64,000 nucleotides of DNA from assembly GCA_028534125.1 (NCBI GenBank), contig CM052816.1, forward strand, positions 63,366,001-63,430,000. The letters run 5' to 3'. The notes under the pieces are model-generated. The model had not been told where the DNA came from, ran no database searches, and saw only the letters and a program-made list of their open reading frames with translations. Of this stretch, positions 12,701-27,700 are shown piece by piece. The translations under genes were made by a program, and so were the position numbers. Source of the DNA: Lama glama (Eukaryota). Within the stretch, counting starts at the first letter, position 1. Each line of letters begins with the position of its first letter.

Positions 12701-15700
12701 CCACATCAAGGAAAAAGGAGATGCAACTAGATTTTTCTTCTAGTAAAACTGTAAGGGTAGTGTTGTGCATTAGGTAAATTTGGAATTTTCCATAATAAAA
12801 ACGTTTTTTAAAGGTTGTATTATTCTGAAAAGCAAGAAAGAATTAAAAACAATTAATTTTAAAAAGCCAGCTGAGATAACATGATTATGGAGTAAGTAAA
12901 AAGCTCTATCATTGTGCAAATTACCTACTTAAGCTATAAAAATTTAACGTATTCTTTATTTTAAATAAACATTTATTTAGGAGAAATGGTCAAAGGAACA
13001 GGTAGAATAACTTGGTTTGTTCTGTTTTTCTTACAGGCAAGGAAGGATCTTAACAATCAAATAAACTATCTGGCCTAGAAGCACAGTAGCCTAGTTTCCC
13101 CCAAAGGGAGATTATATAATTAGATAACTATATAATTAGATAACTATATAATCAGCACTTATATTAACTGATTACATGCTAGGCAACATTATAAGTGCTT
13201 TACATGTAAGTTCATAGAATCCCCACCTCAATGCTAGGAAGTAGGTAACATTTTTATCCCCATTTTAAAGATGGAAAGTGAGGAACAGAGATTAACTTGC
13301 TCACTTCACACAGCTGTGAAGTAGCAGAGCCAATATTATAACCCTAGCAGTTTTGCTTTAGTCCAGAGTCTTCCCTGCTCTGCTCTACTGAGTCTAATTA
13401 TTTGGTAAGAATATAATTAAAAACAAATAGTAAGAAGAAAGTAAGTATTTTCCTTAGGACATATCCTAAAAACGTGCTTCATTTTTCAAATAAATTTCAC
13501 AATCCCATTCCATATGACTTAGAACAAGTTGTCTTTCAACAATTACTTTATTAATAATATTGCAGAAAAGCAGGAGAAAAAACCACTTTCAATTTAAGTT
13601 TCTTCTGGTACATGTTTAAACACAAGAAAGAACCTTTTCATCACTTAGAATTTATAGATTATAATTTAACATAGGGGATTTCAGATAATGCATAGTTATA
13701 GATTATTAAAAACCATGTAGTACAGCCCCTTCTATAATAAACAAAAGAACTTAGGCTCAGCATGTACTCAAGAATGCATAAGTAGCAGAGCTGGGTGCGC
13801 AAACCAAGGCACAGATCAAGGAGAGAATAACATCCCAAATGTACTGTTAGTGTTTACTAAATTTAGGATCATGGAAAAGCTTATAATCTAATAGAGAAGA
13901 AAGAAAGATAACACACACACACTGAAAAACCTATAAAGACAACATCAAAATGACAGCAATTTTCTCTCAAATTTCTATCACTCCCACATTGCTAATCAGT
14001 TTTTCCTTCAACTGTCAGAATTAAGTCCAAAGTATCATTTCCTTGTTATCTCCTCTACTTTCACAGAAGAAAATATCATCAAGGCAAAAGATGGAGCTAA
14101 GATTATATGAGACAGATGAAGTTCCTCAATATACTTATGTATTGCCACTCTATCCGCTTGGTAAGAGCATAAATGCGATAAAAATTCACAGAAACATTTT
14201 AGCAAACAACATGTGTAATGCTATTTGCTTGTTACCTTTGGAGCTAGAGTATTCTGAAATCAGTACTGGTGAGAATTGACAGACATGTGGTGGTAGACTA
14301 GGCCTCAAATATCTGGGGTCTCAACAAGTCACGCACAGAAATTCCTGTTGTTACTGCTTCAGAGTCCACGAGCTTCTCGGTAACAAGGGCTTTCACATTC
14401 TCGCCTTACCCACCACTTTAAAAAAAGAAACTGAAGAACCTATGAAATTTAAACCATAGAGTTCTCTAGTATTTTCACTCTCTATATACCTACTTTTTAG
14501 TTTACATCAAAATTTCGGATTTAAGTTTCTACTGTGATTTCAAATATAAAACAGCAAATCAGAGAATATGCTGAAGATTATAATTTGTCTGATAAATAAA
14601 CTCTATGGGAAAAATCATAATTAACCAAAGAACTTTAATTTCAACTCTGGCTAAAAGCCTTTCTACTTTATAAGAAATCTCTTAAAGTATATTATGACAT
14701 TCTAATACAACTTAATCTTTCTTAAATATCAACCTAAACATGAGAAAGATACAATTCACTCAAGAATGAATACTGAGATGAATATTACTCAACCCACCCC
14801 TCACCCCAAGTGCAGATGTACCAATCATCCTGCAATGTACTCTGCCTCACAGTGACAGGCATCAGGCGTCTCTGACAGCCTTGTCTCCTTTCTAACTGAA
14901 AATGCCGAAGTCATGCCAGTTTCCTATACTCTTCGCCTAACACTGTATCTACAGCTTCAACCACTATCAGTCTTGCCAACTCGCTGAGAAAACGAACTCT
15001 AAGAGCCCCTTCCACATAAATTCTAGACTCAAAATCCCAATCCCTTGTATCACCTAGAGCCATTCTGTCTTCTACTGGGTGACTTTCATCTACAAAATCT
15101 ACTCAGATCAGATTTTTCTCATTGTCTCTCCACACCCAAAGGCGATCTTTGACAGTAAATTTTTATTATGCGTTGACCCCCAAAATATGCTGAAGTCCTA
15201 ATCCCAAGTACATGTGAATGTGACCCTATTTGGAAATAGGGTCTTTGCCAAGATAATTAAGTGAATATGAAATTATTAGGGTAGGCCCTTAATCCACTAT
15301 GACTGGTGCCTTTACAAGAAGAGAAAACAGACAGAAGCAGAATGTCATGTGACAAAGGAGGCAGGGACTGGAATGATGCACGTACAAGCCAGGGAAGCTA
15401 AAGATTGCTGGTAACCACTAGGAGCTAAGAGAGAGGCATGGGAGAGATTCTCCCCTAGAGTCTTCAAAGAGAGCATGGCCCTGCCAACATCTTGATTTCA
15501 GACTTACAGTTTCCAGAACCTTGTGAGAGAGACCATCATTGTAAATATTTTAAGTTAATTTCTGTTGTTTTAAGCCATCTAGGTTGTGGTACTTTGTTAT
15601 GGTAGGCCTAGGAAACCAATACAGCCCTTAATGATAACACTGTTTTCTTAGCACTTCGTAACAACACTTCAGTGTGGCATATGACCCCCTCCAATTTACA

Positions 15701-18700
15701 GACACTGCAGGTTTTAAATAACACCACTATCTAGACCCTTAACAGATAATCCTCACAGAATTCTCTCTGCTCTTAGTCTTGTTCACTTCTCTGCAGTATT
15801 TAACACTGTATTAATCTAATTCACCCTACTAGGAATGCCAGAATAAGCAATAAAAACACTATGTTTTATCTGGCAACCCTAACCCTACCAAACTTTAAGA
15901 CTCACTCAGCTCCCATCACAATGCCTTCTTGCTGAAAAATGTTCTCCACAAAATACTTGGTAAGATGACAACTTCTATACTCCCAGAGTAACATAAAGCA
16001 AATCAACAGCAACGGCTCACAGTGAAAAGTGCTCATGAAAATAACCTGGGGAACTATTTAAAAAGAAATACTAACATCTTATACCTTACTGGGATTTTTT
16101 AAAAGTTCCCGAGGTAATTCTGAGATACCTCTAACCAAAACTACTATTTACATTAACACAGAATATGGGCTGGTTGTTTACTTGTCTCCTTCCCCCTGAA
16201 GAATGAATTGTTGAAGAGCAGAAAGTGTGGTTTTCCTATCACCTGTGGCTAGAAGAAAGCACTGAATATCAATACCAGGGTTTGGCAAACTGTGCCCTTG
16301 GGCCAAATCTGAACAACTGCATAATTTTGTAATAAAGCGTTGTTGGATATAACTACACTCATTCATTTACATGTCATCTATGACTGCTTTCAATCTACAG
16401 CAGCGGAAATGAATAGTTGAGATAAAGACTGTATGGCCTACAACGCCTAAAATATTTACTACCTGGTCCTTTACAGAGAAAGTTTGCTGACCCTTGACCT
16501 ATATGGTTAGTGACTGATTAATCAGCAATGACACTGCATGCAACAATCTGAAAATCAAATTAACATGCAAATTAACACAGATATCTGGAGCTTTACATGT
16601 GCGTACATATGTACAATGAATGTATGTATAATAAATTTCTGAAGAACAGCACATAAAATAGTATAATGTTTGAGTAAGTTCCAATTGATGATTACTCTTA
16701 CTGGTTAATATGAAAGGAGACTTTACCATCTGCACAAATGTATACATACCTAGCCCCCAAATATATTATGAATTGATGCTACAATTATTGTGATTAAACA
16801 CATTTCTTATAATGAACCTCCTCGGGCAAACACTTTTTCATTTCACTGGGAGGAAATCAAATAGTTTTTAGGATCTAAAGCAGTGAAATAGTTTTCACAC
16901 ACAAAAAGCCACTTGTTATGTTATGGTGACACTTCACCTAACCAGCACTCATATCTGACTTAGAACATAGCTAAGAAATTAGAAACAAAAACAAGATGCT
17001 TTTAACAACCACAGTTTCTCACAAAGTCCATACAAAATATGTGTGCATATATACATATATACAAATACATGTAAAGATATGGCTAATATATAGTTATGTA
17101 TACTTACGTTTATATGTAAACATAGACATGTAATTGATACTATTTGCCTTTAACATAGATATTATAAAAATAAACAACTCAGAGCCTGTTTCTTCTTAAT
17201 TATATACAACCATATACAAAATATAAAGATAACATTGGGAATCTATAAAGATGCAATGCATAAAGATTAACTCAGAGCTCAGGGTTTGTTTGTTTTTAAG
17301 TTCTTTTAAATTAACATGTAAAAGTATATTAGTTTCAGGTGTACAACATAATGATTCAACATTGGTTCTTAGTTACACGCAATCATACAAACTTGGTACT
17401 CTAATTTCAATAGCCAGTTGAAATTAAAAGTACCAAAATAATGGGAAATTTTTGTCCCAAAAGCAGTCCAACAAACTGGAGGGGTGAAAAGTTTCAGATC
17501 TCAGGAAACTCTGCATGATTTATGAAAGCTTTTAAAGTATTGCTACACAAAGTAAGGTCTCAGGATAAGGGGAACCTTGATTGGGGTCCCATCAGCAGAA
17601 ACCCTGTGAGAAATGTGAAATCTGCATTTTTAACAACATCCTCGGGTGATCTGTATGCACAATCAAATTTGAGAACTCTGGTCCAAAGGTATGAGACCAA
17701 CTTAATATTGCTAAAAGAAAATATTGTCTAGAATTATTCTTCCCCTTCTTGCCAATCATCCAAATCCAAATGAAGGTCCAATTTAACAAAATATAGAGGG
17801 AAACCTTACAACAGTATTCATTAAAAAGAGGAGAATACCTTGAGCACTTGAACTTGACCTTCTGTAGTAATTTCCTTTAGCAGTTCACAAAAGGACTGAC
17901 ATAGACCCACTGCATATGTCTGAAATTCAATGAAAAGTCAAAATATACAGATGAATGTATCTGCAATATCAAAAAAGGCATAAAATTCATTTTGGAGGGG
18001 GTGGGTATAGCTCAGTGGTAGAGCGCATGCATGAGGTCCTGGGTTCAATCCCAGTACCTCCATTAAAAAAAAAAATTCAATTTGGGACTCATTATAATCT
18101 ATTTGAGAATTAGATAACTAAAGTTCTAAGCATATAAAGTTTCAATTAGAATGCTTTAGGAAAAATTTTAAAAATAAAAATGCGGCTTATTGCTTTTCTG
18201 GTTTTTACAGAAATATTAGGATATATTTATTTGTACAGCATATTTTCTATATTAAATAACATAATTAATGAAACTGTATCACACCTGTCCTGTAATGGGC
18301 AATGCTTATAAAGTGTCCCCCTTCTTTAAAGTAACAGATTGATCTTTTAGATTTGGAAAGGTACCTCCTGACTTCAAATAAGAAACAATAAAAATAATAA
18401 CTACATGAATTTTTACAACACAAAAACTACTACAACATACCTGTAAAAATTCTGTTGATGATAAAAAGATATAACCATTGATGATCTTAAAGCAGGTTCT
18501 GAGATTTTCTGAACTTAATTCTGCCAAAATAATAAATTTTTTTAAAAAGGATAAATTATTTCATTGTTTAAAAATTACTTTAAGTGAAGTGATTTATTTA
18601 AAGGTAAGTTACATGCTCTTTACAAATCTTTTCCGAATGCTATTCAGACTCCTAGTATACAGATATCTATCTAAAAAACTGGCATTAACCTATACATTAA

Positions 18701-21700
18701 TGCTTTCCCTTATATTTCCCACTAGTTAAAACAATTTAGAAAATATTTAGCTCCCTTTTTTTTTCCTTTCAGAAAATAACTACATGACTCACCCTTTCAT
18801 TTCAAATTAAACTTCTAGTATCAGTATGGCAAACAACATGCAACTGAATCATTTTACCATCCTATTTTGACATCTACTTAAATGGGTTCACTCAATTCAC
18901 TCAATAAGCATCTACTGAGTGTCTACTGTGCTGGCACTGAACATGCTACCCTACTTATGAAGAGTCCTTATTAAATGCCAAAAATTATACCACGTTTAGA
19001 TACTCTCAATCCTTGTGCTTTGTTCTTCAGATCTGCTCCCCTATTAAAAATTTACACATAAAAATGTTCTTTAAAATGTCATCACCAGAATAGTATTGGA
19101 AAAGGATATTATTTTTAGCTATTCCTTTTCAAGTACAAAGTAGAAAACTATTTCATTAAATATGATCAAATGTTTATGCAGTGTTTTTTACATGTCTTAT
19201 CACATACAATAGAACACAGATTTTATGTATAAAATTATACAGCTCAAAACATGACCTTAAAATAACATCTATATCTAAAACCTTTCATTCTGTACTGCTA
19301 ATACTTTAGAAATTATATTCACTTGCAATAGGACAGGTGAAAAAAATTCTTCCCAGTAAATACTGGTCTAGGCGATAGGTTCTTATTTAACTCATATCCT
19401 AGCAAAGTGAAAAGACACTCTACTCAGATGAGTATTTCTCATAAACTTTCACAGGAAAATGATAATCATACCCTAAGTTCAAAATATGTTTTAAAGGTAT
19501 TAGTTCTATACTTTCAGGTTTAATAAATGAGACAGAGACTAACCAACTTGTCACCATGCAAATGAAAGATATTTTAGAAAAAAGGCTGTCATCTAAATAT
19601 TTTCCACAACAGAATTATGCCAAAAAACTCAGACTAAAGGGGTAGACCATTGTATTGGATAAAGTTATCCTTGTGAAAAATTCACATTGTTCTTTTCTTC
19701 TCAAAGAGAAAGTCAAGTCTGCACTTGTGCACATACAATGTTTGGCAGACCAACACTGAACAGCAGACTGGCAGTCACTGTGATAAGTAAGGCAGAAGGG
19801 TTCTACATTTAAGTGAGAACTTAGAATAGCAACATTCCAGATATGTCCAATGTCTAACTCACTGTCATCTAAAACTTTATCAAGATCTATGAAGAAGGAA
19901 ACAATATTTAAGAAGGACTGATTTTAAAAACCATAGTGCTTATTTCTTCTTACAGATATTTTAAAAGTTATCTCTGGATCAGTTTATACAAGGAAATACT
20001 CAAGGGATTAGGTCACTTCATACTGCTTTTCATGTCTCCATCATGCCAAGGATAGCTTTTACTAAATTTCCTAGAGCATGGTATCACTGGCAATTATTAA
20101 ATACTAATAGTAAAAACAGTCTTAAAATTAATAAATATATCTATTTTAAGGTATATTGAACACTTCATTATATTCATGAGTTCCTCGTAAGACTCTGAAG
20201 AAAAATTATTGTCTGGTCCTAGTATCAGAAGGAGCTGTACTTTAACCATGCAACAGAGCTGTATTTATTTTTAGGCCCTGTGAATAATTTAATTCAAATG
20301 TTAATCATGGGTAATTATGCCCCCTAGAGGACATCTGGCGATGTCTGGAAACTTTGGTTGTTAAAACTAGCACCTAGTAGGTTGAGGCTAAGGATGTTAC
20401 TAAGCTTCCTACAGTGCACTAGACAGACCCTCACAACAAAGAATTACCTGGCCCAAAATGTCAACAATGTCTGACCTGAAAATCCCTAATTTAAGTGATT
20501 GAGTTTTTCTTTCAAAGAGAGCTCTGACAACTCTATGGCCAAAGTATCTAGTTATGCTATGTGTACATATGACTTTCATCTGTTAGTCTAATTAAAATTT
20601 ATATTCCATTCCTCTTTGTTTTTCTCTATTCTTTTACTTCTATTTTTATTCCGTACTTTCATGTTACATTTTATTTATTCTTTTATGTTTCCATAAAGGG
20701 AACAAAGAGGAAAAATTACTGAATTATGTTATAGATTCAGTAGAAATCTATGTTCAATCATATTACTTATGTCTGGAAATGAAACTATAATAGTTTCTTC
20801 TTTTATTTTAATCTCTCAGAAAGCTAAATGTGTAAGATACCCTACATCATCATGAAGGCAGGTGGGAAAAGTTCCTTCCAAATTAGACAAGAAGTTACTG
20901 GCAGAAAAATTTAATCGGTCAAGGAACATTAGTTTGGCACTTAACAACAACACGGAAAAAGCCAGTCAAATGTTTACGTTTCAAGTAATGAGAATACTAA
21001 GAAAATTAACACCATAAAAAAGATTTAAAGTATTTTAGAAACAAGTCTTTGGAACAAAATTATCAGAAATACTTGTACTTATAGCCTCTGGTTCTACTTA
21101 AAATACTCCAGTTCTACTTACATTTGGAAAAAAGGATATAAAATGAATTCTAGTCTTGAATTTACTCATATTTAATTAACATATTCTAAAAATGGTTAAG
21201 TTAAACATCAGTATTGTTGGTTTTATGTGTTTTAAATGAAAATGAGAAACTTCTTGCCAGGAGCTTTATTTCTGCTTAAGAAATAGCTATCTATTCATTA
21301 AATAAATTTTTAAAGTTCACTGATATAACAAGAAAGGTGTTTTCACTGTTAAGAAAAGTGAATATCCAGTTTGATCTATATTCTTAAAAGGTTAAAATAA
21401 ATATTATGGTTATATCTCAAATTTTAAAGCTCACCTGAAAGGAGGTATATGCAAAAAGCCACATGTCAAACAATATTAATTAGCTGTACAATACTCAAGC
21501 AAAAATAAGGTAATACTGATACCAAGGTATACTAAGTGTGACAGAAATAATCTGTAAACAGAATTCTTCATATTCAGAAACAGAAATTCTTCATAAGCAA
21601 ATATAAATACCACCATGCATAAAACAAATTTTCTATAATCCTTTTTGTTTTCAAAGACAAAAGTAGGGAATACATAATTCAAGAGCACCCATATTATCTA

Positions 21701-24700
21701 TATTCACTGACACTACTAATAAAATATGGAACTTTTAAAAATCTTTGAAAGTTAAAAAAGTCTAAATCAAATATTAATTATCACAGAAAGAAATTTCACT
21801 AGTTCTTGATTCAGTTAACTAACAAATCCTACAGAGCCAGTGGTTGGGTACTTTTTCTTTTAGAATAGCAATAATGTTAATAGTAATAGTAGTAGTAGTA
21901 ATAAATATAATTATAAAACACTTAAATAATGCTTACTATGTGCCAGCTATTGTTCTAAACACATGACAGTCCTTTTTGATTTGTTGACTACAGTTGCATT
22001 TGGTTGACCACAGCTCCTGTAGAGAATGTGGGAGTCTGGTGTGTGTCCTGGGGCAGGATGGGGAGAGAGAAGCCCATGCCGGGGACAAGCTCAGCCAGGA
22101 CTATGCATCACCTGCAAAGCTTTCTATGGTAAAGCTGTAAAATAGAACCTATCTAAATCCACCATCACAGTAGTATCATAAGGTTACAGTAGGATTGGTC
22201 ATGTGCTTTTTTCAGTTTCTTCTTCCTGGCTACCAATCCTCTCTCCCACTACCTCGTAAAGTCTAGGTATGCTGAATTTGGGGTAGAATACAAGGGTGAA
22301 GTGAAATTACCATGTGAAGCCATCTATATGTGAAAAGCCTGAATCATGTTTATGACAAAGTTGATAATGGGTCTAGCTGAGGTTTCCATTCTCAGGTCAA
22401 GTATAAGGAAGCACTGTGGATTATCCAGAATGTTACCATATATGATCTCCAAGTTAGGCAGAATAGAACTAGAAGGCCTTCAGATAGCAAAGGAAAGTGA
22501 AAAGGATTTTTCCTATCCTCAATGCAAAACTTTTCCTAGGAGACTGGCAATAAGTGATTGGTTTATTGCCACTGTCTTCATCTTTTAAAAAATTTCCCAT
22601 CATTTTATGGGGATACTAGATGATAAACATCAAATGGCTTTTTATTAGAAAACAGATGGTATCTTTGTATTATTTGAGGTCTTATTTATTCTGAAGAACA
22701 GGGTAGAAGAATTTTAAAAACCTCCGAAAACAGGAGGGACTAATTACAATATCTAGCCCCCATGGTCATCCAGCAAATGAAGAGAGATGTTTTTTAAATC
22801 AGTTGTAATTATGTCTTAGTCCATACCTGTTTAAATTGTCAAGAGTGAGACTATTTTTCTGGTGTGTCATTAAACCTCAGTAATATTTTTCCTCTAACAA
22901 AACTGCTCACTACAAATAAGTCCTCAGAGAAAAATAGTCTTCAGATATTACCATAATAAGTATGCCTTCTCGCCCAGTGTTTTCTTACAAAAATGCCCTC
23001 TCCTGACAATACTAAACTATTCAGTTAGTATATACAAAGTTCTAATGAAAGATTTAAAGATGCTTTATGTGTGTGTCTTGAAGAGTGGGACTCCAAATGG
23101 AAAAAGCTTAAATGGCACTGCATACAATTCTTAAACTCTATGAGGTTGAAATGTGATTCTGCACTGTAAAATCCCTCACAAAATAGTAACTCTATAAACA
23201 AAAATTTTTTTTAATTTAAGATATTACATACTTTTGGATGATAGCTAATATGTAACAGAAAAGTACAGATTTTCTATTATTAATTGCCATCAGAATACAC
23301 GTTCAGATTGGCAAAAAGGAATCTAACTAGTTATCATTCATGGTGGCTAAAAGAGACTAAGAGCCTACTCTCAGCACAGTGTCCAGTTCTCTGGTTTCAT
23401 GTGCCAAAAGTGCTGCTGATTTCAAGCTCATACATAGGTAATACCTCAACAAACAATAAATGATTCTGTTAATATTTAATAATCTTTATTTTGGTGGTCC
23501 GTTAGCTAAATCAGAAATATGTACAGAGCTCCTCTGTAAACAACTGATAGCAGAAGACCATTTGTAAAAGAAGCTGGACAAAACCATGGTACACAGAAGC
23601 AGTTTTACAATATAAGTAAAGCCTTTTAAATACTTTACAGAACTGCTATCAAACATAGAAATTTTACCATGTAAAATTCAAACTTAATCTGTAATTAGTT
23701 TCCTAAGAGCTTTTTTGAGTTTCTATTTAGTGATTTAGTAACTTTAGTGTTTGTTTTTATTTAATATGTAGAAATAGTTCTAAAAAGTTATACCATAGGA
23801 AAAAAATCCAGGAACTATTAAAATGCTATCCAACTTATTTCTCGAAATCAGAGGCTTTAGTTAAAAACAGAAGGTATAATTTATAGTCACCTATAATGTC
23901 CAGAATAATAGTTGCATTCAAAAACAGTAGTAAGTTTATGCTTTACTACATACCAAGAAGTGGTGACATATTCTGAAATATACGAAGCAACTCTGGTGTA
24001 ACACATGGGCTATTTTCCAAAGTCACTAACCTAGGAAGGGAAAACAGATGATTAAATCACTTTCCACAACCATTAAAACTTTTAACAACACACCTTATGT
24101 ATAAAAAAAAACTGTTCAATTTAAAGAAGAAAATTGGACAATATAGTTATAAAGATTATCCTTCTAGTAAAAAAATTACCAAATTCATCAAAATTAAAAC
24201 CTACCTACAAATTATGTATGATTTCTATATACACAGCAAAAATCAGCAAGTAACTACTTATTAGAATACATACAATAAAATTACAATGATGAAGCAAAAA
24301 CATGATTATTTTGAATTGGTCAAGGAAAGAGAAGTTTTTTTTCAGGTGTTCAATAAAAGCAATTGAATGAACTGCCACTGTTCAATTCTTCAAACCACTG
24401 ATGAACTGGCAAGTGTCTAAGGAGCACCCACTCGGTGCCTTGCCCTTTCTGGTGTCCTGGCTTGTGCCCAGTCTCTCTTGAATTAAGGTGGAAGAGGATG
24501 AGCTATTCTGATGTTTTTATTTTCTTGATATATTCATTTGTCACATGTAATTGATCAGTCCCTTCAACAAGACACTGGGCTAGTGAATTAGCAAACAATT
24601 TATGCTAAATGTTTAATAAATATGAACTTAGTAAAACTTAATAAAGATGAACAAAGGCCAATGATAAGCCAATCTTACTCACAGTATCAGCAATCTAAAG

Positions 24701-27700
24701 CAACTGTTTTATAAAAAGTAAAATATGGGTTGTGCTTTATCACCTAAGTGTGTAGTTGGTTTACCTCTTCAACCCCCACTAAAGAAGCTAAAAAAGAAAA
24801 AAATGATCATCACAAAATCTACAAGAAGCCAAGGGTGGGGGTGGGGGAAGAATCCAATTCTAAATCTAACACTTACTACAAAATCTCTTATCCAAATATA
24901 AATAGAAAGGAACTTCCTTAACCTGGTATGACAGACTACCTACCAAATACTCATAGGAAACACACCTGGTGATGATATGCTGAAACCATTCTCTAGAAAA
25001 ACAGAAGCACACCTCAAAGAACATTCCCTATTACTTTGTCTACCTTCGTATCTACTGAGTCTACGTATGAAGGACCTCTCACATGGTATGCCAAGTAAGT
25101 TAATAAAAAATACAAGGGCAGGAGACGAAAAAATTACCTAGTCCTTATTCACAGAAGCTATGACTGATAGGAAAAATAAAACAGGAAGAAAGAATTCATA
25201 AACAAAGTATGTGAATTACTAAGAGAGTTCACTAAGGTTACTGAATATATCAATGTACAAAAATCAATTGAATTTCTACACACCAAACACACAATGAATT
25301 TAAATGCATGGTGTTTTAAGAGTCCTCATATAAAAACCTATCATCATAAAGATGCCTCCTTAAATTGTTATACAGAATCAACTATTCTTGAACTCAAATC
25401 CCTACACTGTTTTCCCTGGAAATATAACAAGCTGATTCTAAAATTATGTGAAAGGCAAATGACCAAGAATAGGCAAGAAATTTCTCAAAAAAAACAAAAA
25501 AGTATGGAGGAGGGATTCGGGGAGATACTTGCCTTACTAGATATTATGACTTACTATACAACCACTGTCGTTAGTCTCCACTAATTAGATTACTAGTAAT
25601 TAGTAATTCTAGTAATTACTAATTAATTCTAGTACTAATAACTAGTAATTACTAATAAATTCTAATTACAGTATTCTACTGTATTAATTAATTATTCTTT
25701 ATAATTTATTAATAAATTCTAATTAATTTAATTAGAATTAAAATCATATACAGAATAGAAAGTACAAGAAAAAGACTTTTTCATATATGATAGAAGAGGC
25801 TCCAATGGTCAGGAAGCAAAGTTTTCATGGGTGAGAAACGAGACCTCTATCCCATACAAAATACAGAAATTAATTCCAGGACTTATATGAAAAGAGTAAG
25901 GCTTTACTTTACAAGATGTCACAAGACTTTTATGTCTTTAGATTAGAAAAAAATTCAAGAAAAAGCCCGAGAAATACAACTACTTTAAAGTTAACAATTA
26001 CTATGTATAAAAGATGCCTCAAAAAAGTTAAAACGCAAGTCATATACTGGGAGAAGACTGCTTGCAATATATATAACTGACAAAGGAATAGTGTCCAAAG
26101 AAATAATATCCAAAAAATAGTCAATAAAAGGAAAATGAACAGAACAAATGAACAAATATTTTGCAGAAAAAGATTAAAAAATTGGCATTAAGTTTGACTA
26201 TAAAAAATATAAAAAGATATCCAATTTGACTAGCAATCAAGAAAATATAAATTATAACCAAAACAAGGTACAATTTTACCCTCAACAGATTAGCAGAACT
26301 TTACGCGTGACATATCATGTATTGGCAAAGTGGAAACTCCTGTGACTGCCGACAGCAGTACCAGTTGATACAATCACTTTTGGAAATAATTAGTATATGA
26401 TAAAGCTGAATACATATTACCTAGTACCATTTCTAGGTAGAAATGTATATAGGCATAAGGTCTTATACATTTGGGCTAGGAGTTGTGTGAGAATGTTCAC
26501 AGTTGGATTATTTGAACATCAAACAAAATGGCAAATGAGTAAATGAATTGTTAGTCATACTATTAAACTTATCAATACAGATGAAATCTCAAAACAGGAA
26601 GCAAAAAAAGTAAGTTAGAAAACATATGATACAATTTATATAAAGTTAAAACATACTGTTTAAAGATACACACACCTACCTGATTTAAAAAATATTAAAA
26701 TACAAGAAAGAAAATCAAAGAATGAAAAGAAAAAAAAAAATCAGTAGGTGGGTTATCCCTGGCATGGAAACAGGAGGATTCAAAAACATGCCACACCATG
26801 GATTTCACAGACATTCTTGTTCCATTTCTTACTCAGAGTACAGAAAATGGATTTTCATTTTATACAAGTTATCAATAATTATAAACAATGTTATCTCCAT
26901 ATTATTTTGCATCTATGAAGTATTTTGCTTTTTAAACGGCAAAATAGGGAGATCTGGGCAGGGGATTACACAGGGGAAACTAACCACACCCAAAATGAAG
27001 TACTTCCCAACATGCACAAGGAATGGTATCTTTAGACATCTTAACCTGGTCAATAATAACAGAATTTGATTCCACTTTAAAGAATAAAACTTCAAGAAAG
27101 ATTTTTTAAAACTTTTTATCCTATTCACTCTTAAAATAATTATGAAACTAAAAGAAAAACTACAACAGTCACAAGATTTCACTGAGAAAAAAAACTGGAG
27201 GACAAATCCTAAATGCCAGAAGATGTTTTTAAAAAACTCTTTTTGTCAGTGGGTCCAGATTAACATTCTCTGAAGCTTGTTCCTTCCCTCTCACTGTCAC
27301 AATCTTAGTAAAAAGGACACTTGGGTCACTGTCACTCTCATTTACTATGCTAGTTTCCAGAGCATAAACTATGCTATTCAAAAGAGGAAAAAACCTTGAA
27401 GACTTTAAACTAGTGAAAAATAAAATTGAAATGGTATGTAGTTCCAGATTAATAACAAATTCCAGATTAATAAATAAAGATTTGGAAAAGAAAGAAAGTG
27501 AGATAAACAAAATCAAAGCACTAAATTCTCTACCATATTACGGAAAGGAAAAAGTTACTGTTTTGATGAATGATTAGACAAAGCTGTATGTATCAACACC
27601 TCTGACTAGAGAAAGGTAAAATTTAAAGTTATCCTTCCATAAGAAAATGCAGAAAAGAGAGACCATAAAGTAAAAGACAGACATAAATAAATATAAGATC

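Noticed and set aside
19100..21140. Additional ATATCCTTT motifs on the gene strand (~19109, ~21139)
   Set aside because: No adjoining exon or U12 branch/AC partner; expected by chance in AT-rich DNA.
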